Positions 9,462 through 18,877 of a stretch of DNA of 64,000 nt are shown piece by piece. The position numbers and the translations under genes were made by a program. This stretch comes from Alphaproteobacteria bacterium. Its GTDB lineage: Bacteria; Pseudomonadota; Alphaproteobacteria; UBA2966. Position 1 is the first letter of the stretch; each line of letters begins with the position of its first letter. Location of the stretch: positions 672,001 to 736,000 of the forward strand of contig OZ219858.1 in NCBI GenBank assembly GCA_964291395.2, written 5' to 3'. The notes under the pieces were generated by a model, which saw only the letters and a list, made by a program, of their open reading frames with translations, had not been told where the DNA came from and did not search any database.

Positions 9462-10478
9462 TTAGCTGCCGGACATGTCGTGGTTATTCTCGAAGTAGTA
9501 GTCCTTCCAGCTGTTGGCCTTGGGAATATCGCCAATCTTATGCAGGAAGTTCGCGTACTTCATGGTGTGCTTCGGCACCGGATCGAAGTCAATCTCGCTC
9601 TTGTCCGTCAGCATCGCCTTCACCTCGTCCGGGTCGAGCTTGGTCTTGGTGTACCTGATGTAGAGCTCGGCAGCCTCCAGCGGATTGGCATTCACCCACT
9701 CGAAGGCCTCGTTGTAGCCGTTGACCACCGCCTGGTAGGTCTTCGGATTCTTGTCCTTGAATTCCTGGCTGGCGCTCATCACCAGCACAGAGTGCTGACC
9801 GCCCAGGATGTCATAGGACGTGATGACGTTATGGGCCTTGCCGCTCTTCAGTTCCTGGAAGGAGTAGGGCAGCGTGGCGAAGTGGCTTTTCACCGTCTGG
9901 CCGCCCGACATGATGGCAGCGAGTGCGATGGGGTGCTTCATGGAGACGACCAGATGATCGAGCTTGGTCGGCTCGCCCCACTTTCCATCCGCGTACATCT
10001 GCAGGGTCACGGCCTGAATCGACACCTTCGCCGCCGGAGTCGCGATCTTGTGATCCTCGGCGTTGAGGTAGTCCTCGACCGTCTTGACGTTCGGATCGTT
10101 GGAGTTGAGCTTCAGGGGCATGTCGGCCATGCCGCTCGCGATCTTGAAGGCGCCCTTGGTCCTGCCCCACAGCTTGAGCGCTGGGCCGACGCCATGGGCG
10201 CCGAAGTCGATGGTCTTGGCGAGCAGGGCCTTGTTGATGTTGGCGCCGCCGCTGATCTTGAACAGCTTGATTTCGGGCACCGGCAGGCCGAGCTTTTTGG
10301 CGTGCTTCTCGACGAGCTTATGCTCGAGCACGACGTGCAGCGGCACGTACAGGAGCCCGAACTGCTGAGCCAGATTTACGGTGGAAACTTCCGCTTTGGC
10401 AGGTACGGCCGAAACGGCTGCAAGCATGACGCCTGCCGTACCGGCGGCGAGCCAGCTTTTGCGCGCAACAAATTTCAT
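9462..10478 (-). CDS. NitT/TauT/sulfonate-type ABC transporter substrate-binding protein
   Basis: Start MKFVARK behind a GAGGAGGA RBS; signal peptide; SsuA/NMT1-like features (QQFGL.Y.P, SIQAVTLQM). Confidence 0.87.
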   Translation of the reverse strand: MKFVARKSWLAAGTAGVMLAAVSAVPAKAEVSTVNLAQQFGLLYVPLHVVLEHKLVEKHAKKLGLPVPEIKLFKISGGANINKALLAKTIDFGAHGVGPALKLWGRTKGAFKIASGMADMPLKLNSNDPNVKTVEDYLNAEDHKIATPAAKVSIQAVTLQMYADGKWGEPTKLDHLVVSMKHPIALAAIMSGGQTVKSHFATLPYSFQELKSGKAHNVITSYDILGGQHSVLVMSASQEFKDKNPKTYQAVVNGYNEAFEWVNANPLEAAELYIRYTKTKLDPDEVKAMLTDKSEIDFDPVPKHTMKYANFLHKIGDIPKANSWKDYYFENNHDMSGS

Positions 10479-10663
10479 ATTGTCCTCCTCTGTCGACAAC
10501 ACAGCGATTCCCAAATCGTCCGTCGCCAGAGCCCGATGTTGCCGCAAACCTATTGTCCGGTCCACCCCGTTCTTCGAGGCGTTGCCAACGGAGTGTGACC
10601 CCGGGGTTCGGCACTTGCCACGCGGGAGGCATGAGACCATGCTGATCGCGCCAATTCAGGGAG

Positions 10664-11662
10664 GTGGAGGCGGACATGACGGATACGACAGGCGGACTGG
10701 GGAGCGTGCTTTCGCCCGTCGCAGGCGGCGGGATTCCGGAAACACTATTGGAAGAGGCGGCGTATGAGGCCCATCGCATTGCGGCGACGACATTGCCCGA
10801 TGACGTCAAGCAGGCCTTCGTCGGCATGCGCGATCGCGAACAGGAAGAGTTGCCCAAACGGGTGCTTGAGGCGATTGTCGACAACTTCCACGCGGCCGAG
10901 GATGATCAACGTCCCGTATGCGCCGATGTCGGCGTGCCGCGGATCTACGCGGTCATTGGCAACGAGACGGCGATCGCCGGCGGCTTCGTCTCGTTCGAGC
11001 GCGCCGTGCGCCGCGCGACCGGGCGCATCACCAGCGATCTGGCACTGCGTTCGAACCGCTGCCATCCGATCACCCGGCGCAACCCGGGCAACAACGTCGG
11101 CGTCTTCGCGCCCAACATCGAGTACCGGGTCGAGCCTGACGCCGATTACATCGAGATCTGTGCCGTCCATAAAGGCGGCGCCTTCGGGACGGACTTTCGC
11201 ATGCTCGTGGACGGCGACGGGCTGCCGGGCATCCGCAAGGCCGTGCTGGACGCCATCGCGGAATTCGGCCGCCGCGGCCTGACCTGCCCGCCGGTCGTGA
11301 TCGGAGTCGGTCTCGGCGGAACAAAGGACCAGTCCTTCAGCATTGCCAAGCAGGCCGCGCAACTCCGTCCCATCGGAGACCGCCACCCCGACCCGGACGT
11401 AGCGGCGCTCGAGGATGAGCTCCTCGAGATGGCCAATTCGCTGGGGATCGGCGCCATGGGCTACGTGGGCACGGCGGGATATGCCACCGACGTTCACGTC
11501 GAGATCGCGTATACCCACAGTGCGCTGACGCCGATGGGCATCCATCAACTCTGCCAAGCCACGCGCCGCGGTGTCGTCCGGGTCCATATGGACGGCCGCA
11601 CCGAAACGCGACCCACGCCGTCATGGTTTTCGGACTACTCCCGCCGAATGGGCGTCGAATAG
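10664..11662 (+). CDS. Fe-S hydro-lyase alpha subunit (fumarate hydratase / L-tartrate dehydratase family), divergent
   Basis: PVCADVG, CPP and QLC.ATRR Cys ligands; GIGAMG..G..A.DVH.E; start may be ATG 10676. Confidence 0.85.
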   Translation: MEADMTDTTGGLGSVLSPVAGGGIPETLLEEAAYEAHRIAATTLPDDVKQAFVGMRDREQEELPKRVLEAIVDNFHAAEDDQRPVCADVGVPRIYAVIGNETAIAGGFVSFERAVRRATGRITSDLALRSNRCHPITRRNPGNNVGVFAPNIEYRVEPDADYIEICAVHKGGAFGTDFRMLVDGDGLPGIRKAVLDAIAEFGRRGLTCPPVVIGVGLGGTKDQSFSIAKQAAQLRPIGDRHPDPDVAALEDELLEMANSLGIGAMGYVGTAGYATDVHVEIAYTHSALTPMGIHQLCQATRRGVVRVHMDGRTETRPTPSWFSDYSRRMGVE

Positions 11663-11675
11663 GGAGGGCCGGAAC

Positions 11676-12365
11676 ATGGCGACGCACAGGTTTTCCATTC
11701 CCCTCCAAGAGGACGATGTCCGACAACTCCGCATCGGTGATATCGTCTATCTGGACGGCACGGTCCATACCGGCAGAGCACTGGTCTACGAGCATGTGCT
11801 TCAGGGCCAGAACCAGCCGCTTCTCGACCTTGCGAACGAGAGCAACGTGCAGATGCACGGTGCCCCAGCCGGGGTGGAGGACGCTCCCGGCGAGTACCGG
11901 CTGTCATCGATCCAGGCCACGGCGAGCTTCCGCTACTGGAAATACGTGCCCGACTACGTCGAACGGTTCGGGATACGCGCCATCATCGGCAAGGGTGGCA
12001 TGGACAAATGGGTCTACGAAGACGTCTTCGCCAAGACGGGAACTGTGTTCCTGACGACCGTCGGCTATGGCATCGCCGCCCTCTACGGCCGCGCAGTAAA
12101 ACGGGTCATCGACGTGCACTGGAAAGAGGAGCTCGGCCTGCCCGAGGCCATGTGGGTGCTCGATGTCGAGAACTTCGGTCCCTTCATCGTGGATGGGGAT
12201 TGTACCGGTGCCAGTCTCGCCGCAGAGCACGTCGACTCGGTCAACGAGAACTTCGCCCGCGAATACGCCAAGCTGCCGGAATACGTCCTCAAGCGCATCG
12301 GCGAGATCGACCATTCGCTCGCTAACGAGGTCATCGTCGGCAAACCGGCAGGCGACGGGGACTGA
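11676..12365 (+). CDS. Fe-S hydro-lyase beta subunit (FumA C-terminal/TtdB family), divergent
   Basis: L.IGDIVYLDG.V.TGR, AIIGKGGM, ELG.PEAMWVL.VE.FGP.IV. Confidence 0.87.
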   Translation: MATHRFSIPLQEDDVRQLRIGDIVYLDGTVHTGRALVYEHVLQGQNQPLLDLANESNVQMHGAPAGVEDAPGEYRLSSIQATASFRYWKYVPDYVERFGIRAIIGKGGMDKWVYEDVFAKTGTVFLTTVGYGIAALYGRAVKRVIDVHWKEELGLPEAMWVLDVENFGPFIVDGDCTGASLAAEHVDSVNENFAREYAKLPEYVLKRIGEIDHSLANEVIVGKPAGDGD

Positions 12366-12425
12366 GAGCCCCGCCGCGTCCCGTTTCGGACCTCTCTCCA
12401 ACCTCGGGGGAGGGTGAGCTCCGCG

Positions 12426-13658
12426 TCAGCCTTCCTTGGTCCGCGCGCCGGCGATGCGCATCTCCGGCACGAACCAGAACAGCGCGACGGCGACGAACAG
12501 GGCCGCAAACGACAGGATGAAGACCGCGCTGTAGTTGCCGGTGGCGTCGTGCAGGATGCCGGCGATCCAGGTTCCTACCGCTGCACCGACTCCTTGTCCC
12601 GTCTGGATCGAACCGTAGATCGACGCCATGCCCCGGCCGCGGAAAAGTTGGGCCGATAGCGTGGCAATCACCGGACTCCGGACGCCCAGCGACAGACCGA
12701 AGCAGGTGACGAACGCCAGGACCGCCGCGGCGATGGGCAACTGAGGCAGCAACCACAACGCCAACAGCCCAATCATGCTGAGGCCATAGCTCAGCACGGC
12801 GATTACACGCCGGTCCCAACGGTCCGCCGCGATACCCGTGACGAGCATGCCCACGATGGACAGCCCGCCCGCGACGCCGAACGCGGTCGCGGCATCGAGC
12901 GGGTCCATCCCGTTTTCCACCATGTAGGTGACGGATTGCAGGCTGATGGCGTACATCCCCACGGAGGTGGCGAAGAACGCGCCCCAGAGGGCCCAAAAGG
13001 CCCGCCCGGACACCGCCTCGCGCAGGCTCGGGCCGCTGCTGGCGCCCACCGGACGGACCGGGCCCGCGGCAATGCGGCGCCAGGGCAGCAGCAGCACCGC
13101 GACGGCAAGCAGTATGACGGTACCGCCGATGATCTCGAGCGCGCCGCGCCACTCGAACGCGTCGATGAGCACCTGAGACAGGGGGGCCAAGCACAGGGTG
13201 CCGAAACCGAGGCCCGTTGAGGCGACGGCCATGGCGGCCGCCAAGTTGCGGTCGAACCAGCGGCTAATCAGGGATTGGGCGGGAACCATGCCGATCGCTG
13301 CGGCTCCGAAGCCGCCGCAGACGCCGACGGCAACATAGAACTGCCAGACGGTCTCCGATCGGGACGCGGTGAAGAACCCACCCCCCAGCATGAGCAGTCC
13401 GACGGTGTATATAATGCGTGGACCGAAGCGGTCGTGAGCCAATCCGGTCAAGATGCCGCCGAGGCCGAACACCATCATGAGGACGGAATAGACCGAGGCG
13501 ACCTCGGCGCGGCTCCATCCCAGGCCGGATTGCACCGGGGAGAGGAAAACCGGCCAAGTCTCGATCATGCCGCGCGCCAACATGAACAGGGCGAATACCA
13601 GCAAGAGTACGGCGACGGCAGCCGTGGCGGACCTCGTGACGGGACTCTCCGGGTTCAT
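12426..13658 (-). CDS. MFS transporter
   Basis: About 12 hydrophobic segments; G.AHDRFGPR and G.AADRWDRR MFS motif A. Confidence 0.88.
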   Translation of the reverse strand: MNPESPVTRSATAAVAVLLLVFALFMLARGMIETWPVFLSPVQSGLGWSRAEVASVYSVLMMVFGLGGILTGLAHDRFGPRIIYTVGLLMLGGGFFTASRSETVWQFYVAVGVCGGFGAAAIGMVPAQSLISRWFDRNLAAAMAVASTGLGFGTLCLAPLSQVLIDAFEWRGALEIIGGTVILLAVAVLLLPWRRIAAGPVRPVGASSGPSLREAVSGRAFWALWGAFFATSVGMYAISLQSVTYMVENGMDPLDAATAFGVAGGLSIVGMLVTGIAADRWDRRVIAVLSYGLSMIGLLALWLLPQLPIAAAVLAFVTCFGLSLGVRSPVIATLSAQLFRGRGMASIYGSIQTGQGVGAAVGTWIAGILHDATGNYSAVFILSFAALFVAVALFWFVPEMRIAGARTKEG

Positions 13659-13903
13659 GGCGCAAGCATGTTAGCGGCCTCGCCCGGGGATTACCCTTCG
13701 CCGATGAACGAGCCGTAATCATGGCAATCGGGGAATGGCGGACACACGGCACGGGTCGCCGGGGGAGTCCGGTCACCCTACCATCGGTCAAGGTATTCCC
13801 GAGACCGGCCCATTGCAGCCACCCCGTTCCGCAAGGTCACGCTGCTGGATATCGTCGAGGCCGCGATTCGCCTCGATCATCGCGTCCCTGTCGAGAACGG
13901 GCG

Positions 13904-15220
13904 CTACTTGCCGCCCAGCATGACTTCGGGCAGCCAGAGCGCGGTCTGCGGATAGATCGTGATGATTACGATACCGATGCACATCAGGACGAAGAACGGA
14001 CCGGCGGCGACGGCGACCCGGCCGATGGGATGGCCGGTGAGGCCCTGAAGCACGAACAGATTGAAGCCGATCGGCGGCGTGATCTGAGCTAGTTCAACCA
14101 TCACCACCAGGAAGACGCCGAACCAGATCGGATCGAAGCCCGCTTGCAGGATCAGGGGCAGGGTGATGGGCAGGCTCATCACGGTGATCGATATGCCGTC
14201 GAGGAACAGGCCGAGCAAGATGTAGAACAGGCCGAGGATGAAGATCAGCTCGTACCGGGACAGTTCGAGCGTTGCGATCCAGCCGGCCAGCTCCGCCGGG
14301 ACATGGAGATAGCCCATGGCGGTCGACAGGAATGCCGCCGACACCAGAATCGAGCAGACCATGCATGAGACTTTGACCGCTCCCATCAGGGAGTCGACGA
14401 AGATCGGCCAAGTCAGCTGACCCATGACGAGACTAATGACGATCGTGGCCGCGACGCCGACGGCCGCGGCTTCCGAGGGAGTCGCCAAGCCCGAATAGAT
14501 GCCGCCGAGCACGAGCACGATGAGGACGAGAACCGGGAGCAGGTCGAGCACACCCCGCGCACGGTCGCTCCAGGTGTAGGCCTCGCCGCTGACGGGCGAG
14601 TACTCCGGCCGTAGGAGACAGCGGAAGCCGATGTAGCCGGAATAGAGGCCTGCTATCAGCAGCCCCGGAAACACGCCGGCTGCGAACAGTTTGGCGATGG
14701 AGACCTCCGCCAGGACGCCGTAGATGATCATGACGATGGACGGCGGGATGAGCAGGCCAAGGCTGCCCGCACCGGCCAGAGACCCGATGGTGAGATCGGT
14801 ATCGTAGCGCCGCTCAGCCAGGGCAACGGTGGTGATCTTGCCCACCGTCGCGGTCGTCGCGGTGCTCGACCCGCTCACGGCGGCAAACAGGGTGCAGCCC
14901 GCGACGTTGGTGTGGAGGAGGCGTCCGGGAATCATGTCCACCAGCGGTGACAAGCCACGGAACAGACGCTCCGAGATATCGGTGCGGAATATGATCTCGC
15001 CCATCCATACGAACATCGGGATAGCGGCAAGCTCCCATGTGCTTGCGCTGCGCCAGATGATCGGTTGGATGATGGTGCCGATGCGGCCGAGGGGAAAGTC
15101 GATCAGGAAGTAGAGGCTGGTGACGCTCACCAGCATCAGGCCAGAGAACACCCAGGCGCCAAGGCCCAGGTACAAGAACACGAGCAGCAGCGTTGCGGTG
15201 CCGGTGATGAGGGCTTCCAT
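13904..15220 (-). CDS. TRAP transporter large permease (DctM)
   Basis: LAAIPMF, SGSS.AT, LIPPS..MIIYG and QITPPIGFNLF motifs; start MEALITG. Confidence 0.93.
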   Translation of the reverse strand: MEALITGTATLLLVFLYLGLGAWVFSGLMLVSVTSLYFLIDFPLGRIGTIIQPIIWRSASTWELAAIPMFVWMGEIIFRTDISERLFRGLSPLVDMIPGRLLHTNVAGCTLFAAVSGSSTATTATVGKITTVALAERRYDTDLTIGSLAGAGSLGLLIPPSIVMIIYGVLAEVSIAKLFAAGVFPGLLIAGLYSGYIGFRCLLRPEYSPVSGEAYTWSDRARGVLDLLPVLVLIVLVLGGIYSGLATPSEAAAVGVAATIVISLVMGQLTWPIFVDSLMGAVKVSCMVCSILVSAAFLSTAMGYLHVPAELAGWIATLELSRYELIFILGLFYILLGLFLDGISITVMSLPITLPLILQAGFDPIWFGVFLVVMVELAQITPPIGFNLFVLQGLTGHPIGRVAVAAGPFFVLMCIGIVIITIYPQTALWLPEVMLGGK

Positions 15221-15224
15221 AACT

Positions 15225-15749
15225 CTACCGCCTGCCCGGGTCTGCGGACCGGTCCACGCCCATGGGCTGTTCGCCGCCGAGCAATCGGACGAAATAGGCC
15301 AGCAACTGGATGGCGAACAGGACCAGACCGACGAACACAAGCGCCTCGGGAATCCACAACGGAGTCTCGACCATGGACTCACTGACCGCGCCACGGTCCC
15401 AGTTCCGTTTGACGCTGCGCCAGAAGAAAGCCGCGATGAAGATCGTGATGCCCAGCGTCGCGACGATGCAGAAGTACTCGACGATGCGCCGGAGCCGACC
15501 GCGCAGCCGGATGAGAACCAGGTTGACGCGGATCAAAGACCCCTCTTCGAAGGCGTAGGCCAGGGAGAGATAGGTCATCGCGGCAATGCCATAGCCGACG
15601 TATTCGTCGAGCACGAAGGTCGATGTGTGGAAGAAGCTGCGCAGGATGATCTCGAGAATGACGTGCGCCACCATCGCGACCAGAATCACCGCGGAGATCT
15701 GTCCCGCGAACTTCGAGATCCGGAATATGACGGCTTGAAGCCGCTGCAT
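15225..15749 (-). CDS. TRAP transporter small permease (DctQ)
   Basis: Four TM segments, IRVNL motif, lies between dctP and dctM. Confidence 0.88.
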   Translation of the reverse strand: MQRLQAVIFRISKFAGQISAVILVAMVAHVILEIILRSFFHTSTFVLDEYVGYGIAAMTYLSLAYAFEEGSLIRVNLVLIRLRGRLRRIVEYFCIVATLGITIFIAAFFWRSVKRNWDRGAVSESMVETPLWIPEALVFVGLVLFAIQLLAYFVRLLGGEQPMGVDRSADPGRR

Positions 15750-15850
15750 GGCGATTACGACGAAATGGGGCGCCGCCCGTATCAGGTGGTCGCGTACGGC
15801 GCCACGGGTCGGCTATGCCTTATGGCGGTTCTTGTCGGGCTCGAACCGCT

Positions 15851-16855
15851 CTAGCTGCTTTCAAGACGCTTGCGATACTCGGCGATAATCGCTTCGCCGT
15901 CCCCGCCCATCTTCTCATACCAGTCGTCGAGCGCTTCCCGGCCCGCGTCGCCGAGTGCCGTCAGGTACTCGGCCGGCACGCGGGTGATGACGGTGACGCC
16001 GTTCTTCTCGAGCGTCTTGTAGTTCAGCCGCCGCCGCGTGATGACCTCCCGCCAGTTGCGGTCATTGGCGGCATCTGCGGATGCCTTGACCGCCTTTTTC
16101 AGATTATCGGGTAGGCCGTCGAACACGTCCTTGTTCATGTGGACCATGCTGAGCGGCATCGCGTAGTTGATCTCGGTGAAGTGGCTGAGATGTTCCCAGA
16201 ACTTAGCGTTCACGCCACCTTCCGCCGACGTCAGCACGGCCTGAATGCCGCCGGTGCTGAGCAGCGGGATGACGTCCGCCCAGCTCAACTTGACGGCCGC
16301 CGCGCCCGCCGCCTTGAGCGTAATGGTGCCGTTGCGGTCGTAGGTGCGGATCTTCAGGTTCTTCAATTCACCGATGCTGTTGACGGCCTTCTTGCCCCAG
16401 ATACCGCTTGGCGGCCAAGGTGACGCGTAGAGCAGAATCTGGTTGTGCTTGGCAAAGACGCGTTCGAAGTGCGGGCGGGCCGCCGCGAAGAGTGTCTTCG
16501 CCTCCCTCGTCGTCTTGGCCAGGAACGGCAGGGACGGCAGCAGGAAGATTGGATCGATGCCGCCAAACGCGCCGACGTAGCTGTCGGCGATCGGCACTGC
16601 GCCGTCGCCCACGGCGTCCAGCTGTTGAGCCGATTTGTAGCCGAGCGCACCGCCGAAATGATGGACGATCTCGATCTCACCGACCGTCGTGTCCTTGAGG
16701 GATTTCGAGAACCATTGGTCACCCTCACCGTGGATCGACGTCGCCTGGTATTCGTTTGGCATATCCCATTTGATGCTACCGGCCGTGGCCCCACCAATAC
16801 ATGCAGCCATCCCGAGACCGGTCACGGCCACGGCCTTGACGAGTCGTTCGAACAT
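15851..16855 (-). CDS. TRAP transporter substrate-binding protein (DctP)
   Basis: Start MFERLVK with RBS; signal peptide; LKNLKIR..; LPSLPFL. Confidence 0.9.
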   Translation of the reverse strand: MFERLVKAVAVTGLGMAACIGGATAGSIKWDMPNEYQATSIHGEGDQWFSKSLKDTTVGEIEIVHHFGGALGYKSAQQLDAVGDGAVPIADSYVGAFGGIDPIFLLPSLPFLAKTTREAKTLFAAARPHFERVFAKHNQILLYASPWPPSGIWGKKAVNSIGELKNLKIRTYDRNGTITLKAAGAAAVKLSWADVIPLLSTGGIQAVLTSAEGGVNAKFWEHLSHFTEINYAMPLSMVHMNKDVFDGLPDNLKKAVKASADAANDRNWREVITRRRLNYKTLEKNGVTVITRVPAEYLTALGDAGREALDDWYEKMGGDGEAIIAEYRKRLESS

Positions 16856-17099
16856 GTTCGATATCCTCCCTTGAATCAAATCCCGGTCTCCGCCGGGTCG
16901 CTCGAATCCGCGGTCGCGCTGCAGGCAAATCGTCTCGCAGAGAAGGAACGTCCATCCGTCGGGGACGCTCGGGACTCCCGGATCGATTAACGCATAGACC
17001 CTGTGGGGGGTCAACGAACCGCGGTCGAGGTGCCGGTAACACACGATGTTTCCGGTCCATGTACCAGATGATCCGTCCGGTTTTGGAAGGCCTCCAAGC

Positions 17100-17243
17100 C
17101 ACGCCGCGGTGGCCGCCTTCCATGGGCGCCCACTCGCCAACCGCTACAAGGCGCTGATGCTCGACGGTGTGGTGCTCGCCCGCAAGACCGGCGCCGGCGC
17201 GCTCAGGCGCCGGTCCTGGTGGCGCTCGGCATCAGACCGGACG
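17100..17243 (+). mobile_element. IS256-family transposase fragment (frameshifted)
   Basis: VAAFHGRPLANRYKALMLDGVVLARKTGAGALR then a shift into PVLVALGIRPD; matches the first DDE Asp region of IS256 transposases. Confidence 0.7.
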
Positions 17244-17290
17244 TCGGAGGCGTCGGACGGCGCCGGGCCGGCACCCCGCCCAACCCGGCG

Positions 17291-17340
17291 GACGAAGCGG
17301 GACAAGCCGAGACTAGGCGAGACTAGGCGAGACGAGACCG
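17291..17340. repeat. 10-bp tandem repeat (GACTAGGCGA x2 with degenerate flanking copies)
   Basis: gacgaagcgg gacaagccga gactaggcga gactaggcga gacgagaccg. Confidence 0.7.
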
Positions 17341-17344
17341 CGGC

Positions 17345-17412
17345 GCGGCTGTTGAGCCAAGCCGAGGCGGCGGAGATACCGGGGGTCCCGGAGCGCACCT
17401 TCCGGCGCCGGC
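17345..17412 (+). mobile_element. Transposase N-terminal HTH fragment (ISNCY/IS481-like)
   Basis: LSQAEAAEIPGVPERTFRR resembles LSQAEAAEILGVSERTFRR of ISNCY-type transposases. Confidence 0.55.
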
Positions 17413-17565
17413 GCGCACCGGCGCAAGCGCCGCCGCCGCGCGCTGCCCTCTTCCACGGCCCGACCACAACACAAGCGGTCAAATGCCGCATCGTCCCGCC
17501 GGAGGCCGTGCTAGACTGAGGTGGTTGAAAGCGGGGCGGCGGCGTTGAACCCGGATGGTCGGAAC

Positions 17566-18240
17566 ATGAGGGAATCGGAACGGATCTCGTACGAGGACAT
17601 GCGCCGCCAGATGATGGAGATCATCTCTCTCCATGCCTTGGTGGCGAGCGAAGTCACCGGCAGGCACGAGCTCGATGAAGTCGTCATGGGTGCGATGGCC
17701 GACGTGCCCCGTCACGAGTTCGTTCCCGTCGAGATGCGCGACACCGCCTATGTGGACTCACCGCTTCCCATCGGGCACGGCAAGACCATCTCGCAGCCGT
17801 TCATGTGCGCATTGATGACCGATCTCCTCGAACTCGAGCCCGATGACAAGGTGCTGGAAGTGGGCACGGGGTTGGGCTATGGCGCAGCCGTCCTGTCGCG
17901 GATCGCCGGAGGGGTGTATTCGGTGGAAATTCTCAGCGAACTCGCCGAAGAAGCTCGGCGCCGCCTGCGCGCGCAGAATTTCGACGTCACCACGCGAATC
18001 GGCGACGGCGGCTATGGTTGGGCAGACGAAGCGCCTTTCGACAAGATCATCGTCACTGCGGCACCGGAGGTCGTGCCGCCGGTTCTGCTCGAACAACTGA
18101 AAGCGGGCGGACGTATGGTTGTCCCGACAGGCGCCGAGGACGCTCAAATGCTCGCGTTGGTAGAGAAGGACATCGACGGGACTATCGATATCACCGAAAT
18201 CATGGCTGTCGTCTTTGCACCGCTCGTCTTGAGTCATTGA
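17566..18240 (+). CDS. pcm: Protein-L-isoaspartate(D-aspartate) O-methyltransferase
   Basis: VPRHEFVP, TISQPFM, VLEVGTGLGY.AAVL, APFDKIIVTAA. Confidence 0.92.
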   Translation: MRESERISYEDMRRQMMEIISLHALVASEVTGRHELDEVVMGAMADVPRHEFVPVEMRDTAYVDSPLPIGHGKTISQPFMCALMTDLLELEPDDKVLEVGTGLGYGAAVLSRIAGGVYSVEILSELAEEARRRLRAQNFDVTTRIGDGGYGWADEAPFDKIIVTAAPEVVPPVLLEQLKAGGRMVVPTGAEDAQMLALVEKDIDGTIDITEIMAVVFAPLVLSH

Positions 18241-18521
18241 ACTTCTTCAGTCGTTGGGCGCGGACGCCGTTGTCGGAAGTGCCCAAAGCCTCACGTGAGC
18301 GCTCTCGGAGCGCTTGATTGCGGGAGTCAGATCGGAAATGCAGATCCACGGTGCGCTGCCGCCGGGGGCTTATGACCGACTCGAGCTCGCCCGGTGAGGC
18401 GGATTTCGCCCGCCGATCAAAAAATCACGATTTTTCGCTCGTCCCGAGAAAGAATTTTCGTGCGGGATTGAAAGTCGAATGCCTGCACAAGCCATTTGGA
18501 ATCAAGGGATTGGAACAATCC

Positions 18522-18570
18522 TGTGGATAATCCAGGGATAATAATTGGATAATAAGACCAAATATCCCCA
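18522..18570. promoter_or_regulatory. DnaA-box array: one perfect box, two degenerate boxes at 11-bp phasing, and one inverted degenerate box
   Basis: TGTGGATAA at 18522-18530; GGATAAT core starts at 18525, 18536 and 18547; ATATCCCCA at 18562-18570; AT-rich context. Confidence 0.6.
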
Positions 18571-18599
18571 AGAAATTTGCTATGGAATTACTTTTTCGA

Positions 18600-18627
18600 T
18601 TGCAGTAACTCGAAAGATATCTAGAAT
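18600..18627 (+). promoter_or_regulatory. Sigma70-type promoter for candidate ncRNA-1
   Basis: TTGCAG-N16-TAGAAT. Confidence 0.55.
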
Positions 18628-18632
18628 ATGAG

Positions 18633-18825
18633 GTGGATCTTGGAGCCTTCGGGTTGCTTGATCCGGGACCGCAAAGCTTTCGGGTGGCGCGGTCCAGGAG
18701 AGGCGTCAGGAGTACTCTTCGGAGTACGCGCAAAGACCCCGCGTCTGAGCACTTGACGCCTCTTCGCATTTTCGGATCTTTTACTTGAGATCATGATGTT
18801 GCGGCGGGCAGAGCCCGCCTTTTTC
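18633..18825 (+). ncRNA. Candidate structured ncRNA-1 (~190 nt)
   Basis: GGATC..AGCC-TTCG-GGTT..GATCC; GGACCGC..GCT-TTCG-GGT..GCGGTCC; 10-bp AGAGGCGTCA/TGACGCCTCT enclosing GTACTC-TTCG-GAGTAC; GATCTT/GAGATC hairpin; bounded by a promoter and an intrinsic terminator. Confidence 0.7.
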
Positions 18826-18827
18826 TT
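18803..18827 (+). terminator. Rho-independent terminator of ncRNA-1
   Basis: GGCGGGC-AGA-GCCCGCC-TTTTTCTT. Confidence 0.8.
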
Positions 18828-18877
18828 GCGCGCATTTCAGCGACACGCCTCTTTAGACCGCCGCGCCCCGGCGCCCG

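Noticed and set aside
18612-18627. Third NrdR-like box in the RNA-1 promoter (gaaagATATCTAGaat)
   Set aside because: Only a half match and no partner at 31-32 bp.
18628-18756. 42-codon ORF (MRWILEPSG...) overlapping ncRNA-1, as a possible type I toxin
   Set aside because: The ATG abuts the predicted -10 box, upstream of the likely TSS; no RBS; the peptide is not hydrophobic.
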